A stretch of 64,000 bases of DNA from Planctomycetota bacterium (GTDB taxonomy: Bacteria; Pseudomonadota; Gammaproteobacteria; Eutrophobiales; Eutrophobiaceae), in NCBI GenBank assembly GCA_047638675.1, contig JBLIML010000001.1, positions 13,822-77,821 on the forward strand, read 5' to 3'. The translations under genes were made by a program, and so were the position numbers. The first letter of the stretch is position 1. The number at the start of each line of letters is the position of its first letter. Of the stretch, positions 19,769 through 29,328 are shown in pieces. The notes below the pieces were generated by a model. That model was given only the letters and a program-made list of their open reading frames with translations, ran no database searches and was not told where the DNA came from.

Positions 19769-19845
19769 GGCTATGTAGCTCAGCTGGTTAGAGCGCGGCA
19801 TTCATAATGCTGAGGTCGGTGGTTCAAGTCCACCCATAGCCACCA
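19769..19845 (+). tRNA. tRNA-Met (elongator, anticodon CAU), 77 nt with an encoded CCA.
   Basis: Cloverleaf: acceptor GGCTATG/CATAGCC, D-arm GCTCAGCTGGTTAGAGC, anticodon loop TTCATAA, T-arm GGTGGTTCAAGTCCACC. Close to E. coli elongator tRNA-Met. Confidence 0.9.
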
Positions 19846-19935
19846 CACCTTCCTATCGATGTGCAATGTGAGAATTGACCCTGCACTGCGCTGGGATTGT
19901 TGGCAAAGATTTTGTTATCGAGAAGGAAAAGCTAA

Positions 19936-20445
19936 TCAACTTACATCTGATTTTGCAATGGACACTTCTGCCAGCATAGCGGTTGTTTTTCTCAGGCGCG
20001 CACTGATGATTTGCCCGATTTTCTTTAATAGCTTGACTCCCATTTTTTCATTTTCAGTTATCAAGCGATTGAAATTATCGGCAGAAATAATAAAAACAAC
20101 CGAATTCACTGACGCAATGGCAGTAGCGGATATCGGCTTATCTTCCAGCACTCCCATTTCCCCTATCGAGCCACCCTCCTTTATTTGAGCAACCTGAAAT
20201 AGCTCCGCTTCGTTTATTTGCTTATAAATAGTAATAAGCCCTTCGGCCACCAAACACAGTTGAGATGACTGATCACCTTCCTTGAAAACAAATTCTCCTG
20301 CTTTCGCCGTGTACACCCTAAACCACCTGGCCAATTGTGCAAATTCGCTTTCATCTAAATCAGAGAATAATGACAGGTTTCTAACATATTTTTTTACGAT
20401 TCCTTCATTACAGGTAATTTCTTCCAATGAGATATTTTGATCCAT
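19936..20445 (-). CDS. Stand-alone cyclic-nucleotide-binding domain protein.
   Basis: 169 aa. A single cNMP-binding fold (GGSIGEMGVL..., ATAIA) and no DNA-binding domain. Confidence 0.7.
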   Translation of the reverse strand: MDQNISLEEITCNEGIVKKYVRNLSLFSDLDESEFAQLARWFRVYTAKAGEFVFKEGDQSSQLCLVAEGLITIYKQINEAELFQVAQIKEGGSIGEMGVLEDKPISATAIASVNSVVFIISADNFNRLITENEKMGVKLLKKIGQIISARLRKTTAMLAEVSIAKSDVS

Positions 20446-20619
20446 AGCGCTCCCAAACTCGAATGATTAAAAGTTACTTCCAGAAACATTGAAATGCTTC
20501 GCTTTAATCATAGCAAAATAAACGATAGTGAGAAAAATAATCTGCACAGGACAAGGTTTTAGGATGATTAAAGAAGAAAACCCCTGGACACTTGAGAACA
20601 AGGGGCATAAAGGGGGGGG

Positions 20620-20874
20620 TTATACATTAGGCTCTTTAAATTTTTGGACGAATAATTTGAGTGGCATATTACCTAAACCAAAAATTCGATCTCTTGAATA
20701 AGACAGCGAGCGCCTCATAGTGGCCGGTGAGCCCGTAAAGAAAATTATAAGTCCATCGCCATAAGACTTTTTTATGGAAGGATAGTAACTTGAAGTAGGG
20801 TGTTCGTCTCCTATATTGTAGTAAATAGTAATGCCAGCTTCCTTTTTTAGAAATCCGGTAATTATTGCTTTCAT
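20620..20874 (-). CDS. Hypothetical 84-aa protein in an AT-rich segment.
   Basis: ORF only. Low GC. Immediately followed by a G8/C8 homopolymer. Confidence 0.3.
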   Translation of the reverse strand: MKAIITGFLKKEAGITIYYNIGDEHPTSSYYPSIKKSYGDGLIIFFTGSPATMRRSLSYSRDRIFGLGNMPLKLFVQKFKEPNV

Positions 20875-20895
20875 TTCCCCATCATCAGCTTGTTC

Positions 20896-21168
20896 CTATC
20901 CTGCAAGGGCAATTGCATTGGATGCGATTATTTGTCCATCGAGATCTAATTCATGAAACTCAATGTCTTCCCCTTTAGATCTAGTCGCTCCCAATGCTAT
21001 TGAGGAGTCTGTAGTTTGCTTGCTATCTGATACCAGATCGTGGTCACAATTGGATTTATTGACAATCATCACCGGATATATGTAATAAAAAGACAAAAAA
21101 CAAATAGCAACAAATGAAATCCCAAGTCCAGCGCCAAACACCAGGCCTTCAGTAAATTTTTTTACCAT
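20896..21168 (-). CDS. Hypothetical small membrane protein (90 aa, one N-terminal TM helix).
   Basis: ORF with a hydrophobic N-terminus. Tandem with the 84-aa ORF in an AT-rich segment. Confidence 0.35.
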   Translation of the reverse strand: MVKKFTEGLVFGAGLGISFVAICFLSFYYIYPVMIVNKSNCDHDLVSDSKQTTDSSIALGATRSKGEDIEFHELDLDGQIIASNAIALAG

Positions 21169-21347
21169 GATTTATCCTTCTCGATTAATAAGATCCGGAC
21201 AAAAAGGTCAGCACACTGTTTACACCGAGTCTCATTTGAGCAGGAATGCATCCGTCGACTCTGCCAGGAGATATTTCTTCAATCAGGAGTGCCATTTTCT
21301 AAAATGGCTTATTGGATCCTGAAAACACGTCCTAATGTTCCTGCCAT

Positions 21348-22565
21348 CTACAAATAACTTAACCACCAATCTTTGCGCTTGCGCTTAACATTTGCCATCC
21401 ATCTGCAAAATGGGTACAGGATGATGAGTACCGTTATCCAGGTGATATAGACACCAATCAGTCCCGTGCCATAGCCTTGTGGGTAGAAAATAAAGGAATG
21501 TAAAAATTGTCCGGACTCGAACCCTTGTGTCATACCAAAGAAGATACTCAGTACATGTATCAAATAGAAATGTGCAACGTAAAAGGCGAAAGGCACTCTT
21601 CCAAACATCACCAGGGTATCTTTGAACCATCCCTGGAGTTTATCCGCATAGGCGCAGACAATTGCCATGGGACCGAGGGTTGCAAGTAGAAATAAAAGAC
21701 TGGGTGGGTATTTGCTGACATTCATGAAATCAAAGAAAGTTGCTATCCCACCCCCGCTTTGAATTTCCCATGAATTCGGATCACCATAAATACCAAGTGC
21801 TCTAAGGGCGATAAAGGCTGCGATAAAGGCCAATCCCGTTTTGACCAGAAAGGGATCCCGTGATTCTGGCGCTTTCTGAAATATAAAGGCCGTGCCGTAG
21901 CCAAGCAACATAAGCCCTATCCACGGCAATAAGGGATAAACAAAGATCAAATAGAAAGGCCCTAACACCATTGACCCTTGCGCATGCAAACCTAGCCAGA
22001 AAGGATCATTACCGCCCATAATATTTCCTACAGGCCAATACGGATCCAACAAATTGTGGCCCACAAGAATAAGAGCCGCGATGATAAAACAGGCTTTTGC
22101 GCCCATGTATTGCGCGCCTGCCAGCACAAGCATGCCTAAGCCGAGTACTCAAATCACTTGCAGGACGACTATGGTTAAGCCACCCATTTGAGGCTCTCCG
22201 AATGGTGAGAATGAAATTCCTGTAGAGATAATGGCTACTTCTACAAAGATCAGCCAGAGACCACGTTTGAAGACGAAACTCGCTACTTCATTTCGTGATT
22301 TACGCACAGCCATTAAACCAACAGACGTCCCGGCAAGAAACACAAACACTGGTGCACAGAAGTGTGTGATCCAACGAGTGAAATAAAGTCCGGCACTAAC
22401 ATCCGGCTGCGACATGGGATCCTGCACACCACCCACCATAAAAAAATCACGCACGTGGTCAAGTGCCATAATAATGATTACCAGGCCACGTAACATGTCA
22501 ATGTTAGTTAGTCGGTATGAGCGCGCATCTTTGTCTATACCAGAAGTGCTTTCCATAGATACCAA
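21348..22565 (-). pseudogene. DUF1624 polytopic membrane protein (heparan-alpha-glucosaminide N-acetyltransferase-like), interrupted by an in-frame TGA.
   Basis: ORFs 22149..22565 (IDMLRG...H DUF1624 N-terminus) and 21348..22133 are in the same frame. They are separated only by a TGA at 22149-22151 and 15 further nt. The combined length of about 400 aa matches the family. Confidence 0.6.
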
Positions 22566-22594
22566 TTACTCAAAAGTAAAAAATAGTTTGCGAA

Positions 22595-22951
22595 TCAGCG
22601 CTTTTTATCCAACAAGTCCTTCAAGTTTGCAAAGGGCTTGCTTGTAGCCTGAGACTTCTCGTTCTCGCTGCTTCTGCCGCTTGTAGAAACTTCACGATCG
22701 AGGTAACGCGCATGTTCGTTATCGTGACAATATAAACACAGCAATTCCCAGTTGCTGCCATCGGAGGTGTTATTATCGTGATTATGATCTTTATGATGCA
22801 CGGTCAATTCACTGAGATTCTCGCGAGTAAATTCACGTGAACATTTGCCACATATCCAGGGATACATCTTGAGAGCCAAATCGCGATATGAGTGGCCTCT
22901 TGTCTCGGCCTGCTTTCTTGATTCTGCTACGACTTTATCGAGTTCATTCAT
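22595..22951 (-). CDS. yajD: HNH nuclease family protein YajD.
   Basis: 118 aa. HNH motif (HHKDHNHDNN...ELLCLYCH) with a zinc-binding Cys pair. Close to E. coli YajD. Confidence 0.8.
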   Translation of the reverse strand: MNELDKVVAESRKQAETRGHSYRDLALKMYPWICGKCSREFTRENLSELTVHHKDHNHDNNTSDGSNWELLCLYCHDNEHARYLDREVSTSGRSSENEKSQATSKPFANLKDLLDKKR

Positions 22952-23035
22952 TGTTGCCAGTATAGAATGGAAAGATAGAATAATAAATTAGCAAATTCGA
23001 CCAGCGAACTCATTTTCTTTAATGCCGGTGATTTT

Positions 23036-24067
23036 TCATATTATCTTAAATGCAGGCATTATTTTGCTAGTAACAAGTTTCAGTGAACGCATCTCTTCAA
23101 CATGACCAAGATCACCGAAAGCGATTTGTAGTGCAAAATAATTTATCCCAGTTTCAACTACTTGCTGCTTAAGCTTTTCAGTAACTTGCGCTGATGTACC
23201 ACACACCATCATTCCGCAATCATTTGCAACTTCAAAACTTCCCAATACCGTGAGAAAGGGAACGGAAAGGTCATTTTCTTTCCAGAGTTTTTCAAGTTTC
23301 GTGCGCCAGTCGTCGAAAGCGCGCTCACCGATTTCCCGCGCTTTGACCTCGTCATCGTTGACATAAATAAGTCGATAAGCGCCAAGGTAAGGCGTTTCTG
23401 GCGCGCTTGCCTGTCTTTCCGCGCGATTCTTATCCCAATATTCCAGGTAACTCGCCGTGAGTGCTTTTACAGTCGCTGTCGCGCCTAATGAAACACTGTG
23501 CATGCCACGCCGCGAGGACATGTCCTGACCCTCTGGCGATTTCGCCGCACTCCACATGGGGACAGGATTCTGCAGGGGCCGGAGTGTCATAGGCACCTTG
23601 TCATAGTGATAGTATTTACCCTGGTAGGTCAGGGTTTCAGAAATCAGCCCTAAGGCAATTATTTCTTCTGCTTCTGCGAGCAAATCGATTGTGTCTTCAG
23701 GATTCAGCCCGCAATATTTTATTTCTATCGGTGAGATACCCCGGCCCATGCCAAATTCAAGTCGACCATTACTCAGGTTATCAAGCATACAAATCTCTTC
23801 CAGCAAACGCATAGGTAAGTAGGCTGGAACGACATAAACGAGCGGTCCTATCTTAATTCTACTGGTGTGGGTAGCTACTGCGGCAAGAAAAACATTAGGC
23901 GATGGTGCCGAACCCAATGGTGTGCCGTGGTGTTCAGCCAGATGATAATTTCGAAAGCCACCTTCTTCTGCTGCCTGAATGAAGCGAAGACGCTCTGTAT
24001 AAGTCTGTGCAAGGGTCTCCCCTGCCCGCATATCAAGGTGATCAAATATTCCGAATTCGATTGTCAT
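23036..24067 (-). CDS. LLM-class flavin-dependent oxidoreductase (luciferase-like monooxygenase).
   Basis: 343 aa. TIM-barrel luciferase-like family pattern (FGIFDHLD N-terminus, GxGxG region). Confidence 0.8.
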   Translation of the reverse strand: MTIEFGIFDHLDMRAGETLAQTYTERLRFIQAAEEGGFRNYHLAEHHGTPLGSAPSPNVFLAAVATHTSRIKIGPLVYVVPAYLPMRLLEEICMLDNLSNGRLEFGMGRGISPIEIKYCGLNPEDTIDLLAEAEEIIALGLISETLTYQGKYYHYDKVPMTLRPLQNPVPMWSAAKSPEGQDMSSRRGMHSVSLGATATVKALTASYLEYWDKNRAERQASAPETPYLGAYRLIYVNDDEVKAREIGERAFDDWRTKLEKLWKENDLSVPFLTVLGSFEVANDCGMMVCGTSAQVTEKLKQQVVETGINYFALQIAFGDLGHVEEMRSLKLVTSKIMPAFKII

Positions 24068-24254
24068 GTCTAATAGACTCAGTAATGATAAATATGCGTC
24101 TCATCGCGATGAATGATTATTTCTTTAAGACTAATACGGTATATCCAGCAAATATCATGCATTGCAGCGGCACAATTTCCTGGTGCATGGACCTCACCGA
24201 CATTATTCCTTTCCAGTTCCAGATAGACGTCCAAAGATAATTTTCAGCGAGCGT

Positions 24255-25451
24255 TTAAACTAGGGACTCTTTTTTTAAAGGCAAACTAAAACGCAGTATC
24301 AAATAACCTGCAAGACCCGATGCCACAGAACCGACAATGATGCCCAGACGCTCATCAAACAAGTGGTTTACATTTGTTTCTTCGAAAGCCAGAGAGCCAA
24401 TAAACAAGCTCATTGTAAAACCTACGCCACAAAGCGCCGCGGTCCCATATAAAGAGGCAAAAGACATTCCTTTCGGCAAGCTCGCCAATTTCAATTTTAT
24501 AGCCATCCAGCAAAGACCAAAGACACCCACTTGCTTGCCAATGAATAAACCAAGAGCAATGCCGAGTGGGACACTGTGTAAAAGATGCTCACTACCAACA
24601 CCAGACAAGTTAATACCTGCGTTCGCAAAAGCAAAAACTGGCAACACGTAAAATGCAACGATAGTATGCAAATCAGACTCCATACTTTTCAGAGGTGAAT
24701 GGTCTGGGTTTGTTTTTGACTTCATCGGAATAAACATCGCCAGGATAACTCCCGCAAGCGTTGCATGGACACCGGATTTCAACATTGCCACCCACATCAC
24801 AAGTCCAACCATTAGATAAACACTTTTCGATTCGGTATTACGTCTGTTTAACAAGACAAGGACCGGAATACAACTTGCAACGACAAACAAAGACATCGGA
24901 GATATTTTTGCAGTGTAAAAAAATGCGATAATAATTATTGCTCCGACATCATCAAATATTGCTAATGATGTCAGGAATATCTTTAGACTCGTTGGCACTC
25001 GTGAGCCTAATAATGAAAGTACGCCTAATGCAAATGCTATATCGGTAGCCGCGGGAATAGCCCAGCCTTTCATGGCAACAGGATCATCATAGTTAAAATA
25101 GCCATAAATAAGTGCCGGTATAAGCATGCCACCTACAGCAGCCACACCAGGCAATATAATATTTCGTCTATCTGATAGTTCCCCTTCAACAAGCTCTCTT
25201 TTTAATTCTAGCCCGATAAGGAAAAAGAATATCGCCATTAAGCCGTCGTTGACCCAAAGCAATAGTGGTTTCGCTATCTCGAGGACGCCAATCCGGATCT
25301 CTACAGGCGTCTCAAGTAAAAGAGCGTAGTATGAATGCAAGGGTGTATTTGCACATAAAAGTGCAAACGCCGCCGCAAACATTAGAATTATTCCGCTTGC
25401 GGATTCTAGCTTGAAAAAACCAGATAAAAATGTATCTCGTTGATTACTCAC
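24255..25451 (-). CDS. nhaA: Na+/H+ antiporter NhaA.
   Basis: 398 aa, 12 TM. The conserved DD pair is in [15 protein letters not shown], and the N-terminus matches NhaA. Confidence 0.9.
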   Translation of the reverse strand: MSNQRDTFLSGFFKLESASGIILMFAAAFALLCANTPLHSYYALLLETPVEIRIGVLEIAKPLLLWVNDGLMAIFFFLIGLELKRELVEGELSDRRNIILPGVAAVGGMLIPALIYGYFNYDDPVAMKGWAIPAATDIAFALGVLSLLGSRVPTSLKIFLTSLAIFDDVGAIIIIAFFYTAKISPMSLFVVASCIPVLVLLNRRNTESKSVYLMVGLVMWVAMLKSGVHATLAGVILAMFIPMKSKTNPDHSPLKSMESDLHTIVAFYVLPVFAFANAGINLSGVGSEHLLHSVPLGIALGLFIGKQVGVFGLCWMAIKLKLASLPKGMSFASLYGTAALCGVGFTMSLFIGSLAFEETNVNHLFDERLGIIVGSVASGLAGYLILRFSLPLKKESLV

Positions 25452-25554
25452 AGATCAATCTGTCCTCTGCTTCATTCAATAGATTTATTTAAAGTAGTAG
25501 GAAAAGAATCAATTAAAACTACAGGCATGGACGTTACTAAAAGCGCGGTTAGAA

Positions 25555-25992
25555 TTACCTCTCTTCCTGATTCAAACTCCGAATTACGACGGTTCCTGCC
25601 AACTTGTCATGCCAGCCTTGTTTTCGACTATCAAACCCAACCCATATAATCCCCAGAAAAAAGGGTAGCATAGAGACATAGTAGCCCAAATAACGACCGA
25701 CAAGTTGTCCAGCTGAGGGTTTGCCACCCGTTTTTGCATCCACTATTTTTAGTTTTAGCAACATTTTCCCCGGTGTGGCCGATTTGTAAATCCAAAATAA
25801 TATAATAACAATTGCAGGTAATACGTAATTCAACATCACATCCCAATAACCAAGGATAACGCTTTCGCTCATCAAGTACTTTTCACCGTAAATTAGAAAT
25901 AATAATGGGAATACGATGAACATAATCATTATCGTGTCTACGATTGCCGCCAGTGTTCTAATCCAGAAACCTGCATAATCGACATCATTCAT
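25555..25992 (-). CDS. RDD family membrane protein.
   Basis: 145 aa. YAGFWIRTLAAIVD N-terminus and the R...D...D pattern of the RDD family. Confidence 0.75.
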   Translation of the reverse strand: MNDVDYAGFWIRTLAAIVDTIMIMFIVFPLLFLIYGEKYLMSESVILGYWDVMLNYVLPAIVIILFWIYKSATPGKMLLKLKIVDAKTGGKPSAGQLVGRYLGYYVSMLPFFLGIIWVGFDSRKQGWHDKLAGTVVIRSLNQEER

Positions 25993-26050
25993 TTTGGATC
26001 TCTCCCGTTTGCTGACTATTTTTTCTTATTATCTATTTGCCTTACTTTGA

Positions 26051-26404
26051 TTAATCTGAAGAGAGAAACTCAGGACGATCTTCGCCCTGGGTGACCAGTA
26101 CAAGGGTATCTAGCAAGGCCGTTTCCATATGCGTGTCGCCCGGTTCGACAAAATAACAACCACCAGCAGCCACATTGATTTTCTCTCCTTGACCCGTATC
26201 AATTTCCATTTCACCTTCTACCACCATTACCTGTACCCACTTAGGGTGAGTATGTCGGGGAATGCACATGCCCTTTGGCATGCGAAAGAAAGCTGAGCGT
26301 ATATTGAACGCGCCTTCCCAAATAACGCTCTTATTTATTTCGGTACCGCCTCGTACCGGAGCGACGATCCACGACTGCTTTTCTTTTGGAAAATATTTAC
26401 TCAT
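26051..26404 (-). CDS. Cupin domain protein.
   Basis: Cupin_2 two-motif pattern (IPRHTHPKW...EGE and GGCYFVEPGDTHM). The start is ambiguous within 26404-26455. Confidence 0.6.
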   Translation of the reverse strand: MSKYFPKEKQSWIVAPVRGGTEINKSVIWEGAFNIRSAFFRMPKGMCIPRHTHPKWVQVMVVEGEMEIDTGQGEKINVAAGGCYFVEPGDTHMETALLDTLVLVTQGEDRPEFLSSD

Positions 26405-26531
26405 TATCAACCCAGTATTCCTGACCATAGATGAAAGTGTGTATTGGCATAACAACCATGAGGACTAAAATCGTATCAATCATTGCCGCTACGGTCCTAA
26501 TCCAAAACCCGGCGTATTTTTGTTCACTCAT
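26397..26531 (-). pseudogene. Truncated duplicate of the N-terminus of the RDD-family gene.
   Basis: MSEQKYAGFWIRTVAAMIDTILVLMVVMPIHTFIYGQEYW parallels residues 1-45 of the 25555..25992 protein, then terminates. It lies directly upstream of the cupin gene on the same strand. Confidence 0.5.
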
Positions 26532-26843
26532 CCAATTCTCCTTAAAACATTCAGCTTCGTATGCTATGGCTATTAGCATTGCCTGGAACAAGTCTCTTAA
26601 CACCTCTTTGTTATCTTATGTGCTAACTCCGTTCATGAAAATACCACGACAATAACCTTTAGCGTAATAAGATGAATATCTGACAACAGAGCTATTGTAA
26701 ATTTACCCCTATTCGATTCTGCTCTCTTACCGATGATAAAGAGGGACTATACCGCAATTTCTCCTTTGCCAGTGTGACTCACATAGTATACGATTTCACG
26801 CTTGTGAATCTTACATCAATACACATCAGATAATTCCTATTCC

Positions 26844-28073
26844 ATGCCAGACTACGTATACATGGTCAATGACGTGCCCGTTTCTATTTGGGGATTGACT
26901 TCTCGTGAACGATTACAACGAATGATTCTACGTGCAGGTCATTTGACCTTCACTAAAGACCTGGCCTCTTTACCGGCTGATTCTTCAGTCCTGATTCTTA
27001 GAGGTGATTTCCTCTACGACGATCGAATCATTAAGCGGCTTGTTAAAGAAGAAAATACGCTGCTGCAAATATCACTTAATAAAAACCTTGTCCCCGTTGC
27101 CGCCGTGGTTAATTCACAACTGGCTGTTCAGACAGAGGCAATATTATTGATAAATGCGTCGGCAAGAGATACCCCAGAAATTCCAACAGTTCAGCTTAAT
27201 GATTGGTCATCTGGATTTCAAGAACAACTTCGTAAGTTTGATCCTCCTTATATTTTGCCAATTGTTGCTGATAATAAAGAAGCCTTTGAAGAACATTTGT
27301 ATTCGGGTTCATACAAAGGAGTAACCGACCTGGTCACCAAATGGCTCTGGCCTATCCCGGCTAAATGGGTCGTTCGGATATGTGTCAATACTGGCATTAC
27401 GCCAAATGCTGTCACCATCTTCAGTTTGATCCTGACCATTATAGTTGGAGTGTGCTTTGCGCAGGGACAGTACGTGTTAGGACTTCTCGCAGGTTGGCTT
27501 ATGACCTTTCTCGATACCGTAGATGGGAAACTTGCTCGAGTGACAGTTACCTCTAGCAAAATTGGCCACATTCTGGATCACGGACTCGATATTATACATC
27601 CCCCATTTTGGTATATCGCCTGGGGTATGGGGCTAGGTATTTTCACGCCACCAACGTCCTGGCTTTCACTTCACAACATTTTTGGGATTATTCTTGTTGG
27701 GTATATTGTAGGTCGATTATGTGAAGGCCTGTTTCAATTGTGCCTCGGCAAATTTGGCTTGTACTGCTGGCGACCACTCGACTCTTTTAACAGACTCATT
27801 ACGGCTCGACGAAACCCCAATCTTATTTTGCTGACGATCTCGCTAGTTTGTGGTCGTCCAGATTTAGGGCTGCTCGCAGTCGTAGCCTGGACGGCACTCT
27901 CAACTCTCATTATCCTTATTCGTCTGATTTTTGCATTTGGCGCCAGATTAATTTCCGGCAAGCCACTTCGTCCATGGCTTGCAGATATTGGTACAATCAT
28001 CGATCGCAATTCCATAGCGGCTAAAATATTTACACGGCCTCCTCTCACTACTACCATTCAATCAACGGATTGA
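26844..28073 (+). CDS. Two-domain protein. An N-terminal degenerate nucleotidyltransferase-like domain is fused to a C-terminal CDP-alcohol phosphatidyltransferase.
   Basis: 409 aa. The C-terminal membrane domain has a perfect CDP-OH phosphotransferase motif, D-TV-DG-KL-AR-x8-G-HIL-D-HGL-D. The N-terminal 150 aa are soluble, with a degraded GxGTRL-like stretch (IWGLTSRERL). Confidence 0.65.
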   Translation: MPDYVYMVNDVPVSIWGLTSRERLQRMILRAGHLTFTKDLASLPADSSVLILRGDFLYDDRIIKRLVKEENTLLQISLNKNLVPVAAVVNSQLAVQTEAILLINASARDTPEIPTVQLNDWSSGFQEQLRKFDPPYILPIVADNKEAFEEHLYSGSYKGVTDLVTKWLWPIPAKWVVRICVNTGITPNAVTIFSLILTIIVGVCFAQGQYVLGLLAGWLMTFLDTVDGKLARVTVTSSKIGHILDHGLDIIHPPFWYIAWGMGLGIFTPPTSWLSLHNIFGIILVGYIVGRLCEGLFQLCLGKFGLYCWRPLDSFNRLITARRNPNLILLTISLVCGRPDLGLLAVVAWTALSTLIILIRLIFAFGARLISGKPLRPWLADIGTIIDRNSIAAKIFTRPPLTTTIQSTD

Positions 28074-28327
28074 TTCTAGTATCATCAAGGATAAAACTGA
28101 CGTTCTATTCCTGACAAAGACTCAAGCATATTTCACGACCAAGGCAATGACAGGGCTACTTTCTCTCTGTAAATGAGTTTGCTCAAAGCGTTTATATGAC
28201 TATCTATTGCAGGTTCAGTACGATACCTATTAGTGAGTTTACACAGTTCATGAGTATTACCGAATTGTTTCAGTGAACTAATAAAGTCTACGGCTAAAGC
28301 GTCAGGATCCCGTATCGCCGTAACATC

Positions 28328-29107
28328 TTATGATGTCACACCCTTCAGTAATTCGCGTGCTGCAAGGAAGGGATCTGTACTTACCACCGAGATATTATGA
28401 GCAAGTGCTTCCAATACGACTGCGAGCAAACCTTCATAATCGGAAGACAACACGAAAAGACCTGACGAAGCCAAATATTCTTCCACATCTGAAACGAAAC
28501 CCGGCATGTCAATCAAAAGTGTTATTCCCAGGGTCTTCGTCAAAGCTTCGAGCGCCTGGCGGTCCTTGCCATCCCCAAGTACCAGGAGTCGACAGTCGAT
28601 AGAATTTCTGACTAAATCAACGGTCTGCAATAACATACATTATATTATTGCGGATGTACTTGAGATTTTCATGTAACAGCTCAGACTCGGGCTCACTAGG
28701 TGTCAATGCACCATTACAAAAACAAAAAATACAGCCGCAGCATAGGCGACGTAATAATCGTTTAAGCATTTTGTCATAGGGTCTAAGGATGGGATTGGTG
28801 GTTTTGACGAAAATAGAGGTTTTCCATGGACAATAAAGCCTTGCTAATAACAAGGAAAACAGACTGACATTATTGCCTGCTGAAAGTATTACGTCAGAGT
28901 TTTCCAGACGCAAATAACGACCCGTTTTTTTAAACCATAGCCTAAATCACGTACGCGACTGCCGTTTGATTCACAGAAAAAACGAATTTTCACTCCCTCT
29001 TTAAGAACTTCCTTTAAGTCATCTTCACCGGAGCCACCACTAGCGCGAACAAAAATTTCCGTTTCTACCCCACGATTCGCAAAGCCATTGCCGAGGATTG
29101 CAGTCAC
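28328..29107 (-). pseudogene. GT4-family glycosyltransferase disrupted by two frameshifts.
   Basis: Three consecutive minus-strand ORFs in different frames (28889..29107, 28617..28913, 28328..28636) carry the N-terminal, middle and C-terminal parts of a GT-B glycosyltransferase. The C-terminal domain is GT4-like (LLVLGDG...SSDYEGLLAVVLEALAHNISVVSTD). Confidence 0.65.
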
Positions 29108-29328
29108 CCGTTCTACACCACCTCAACCTAATTGATGAACAATAATACTTACACGGTTTGGCACGTAAGGATGAAGAGTGAATTTATCCACTCTGAAAGA
29201 GAAAATATTCATATAACATGAGCATCATGCTTTGCTTGCTATACCTTGCATAAAACCCTGTTAAAAACAGTGTTAATTCAACTGGCTTTTATGAACGCTG
29301 TTTGACCTGATTTTTTGAACACTCATAT

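Noticed and set aside
19769-21350. Considered a tRNA-Met-associated genomic island or integrase.
   Set aside because: No integrase, transposase or direct repeat of the tRNA 3' end is found downstream. There is only a short AT-rich stretch with two small ORFs.
22149-22151. Selenocysteine readthrough of the in-frame TGA in the DUF1624 gene.
   Set aside because: No obvious SECIS-like hairpin is seen immediately downstream on the coding strand, and the family is not known as a selenoprotein. I kept it as pseudogene or possible sequencing error, but it is listed under findings for verification.
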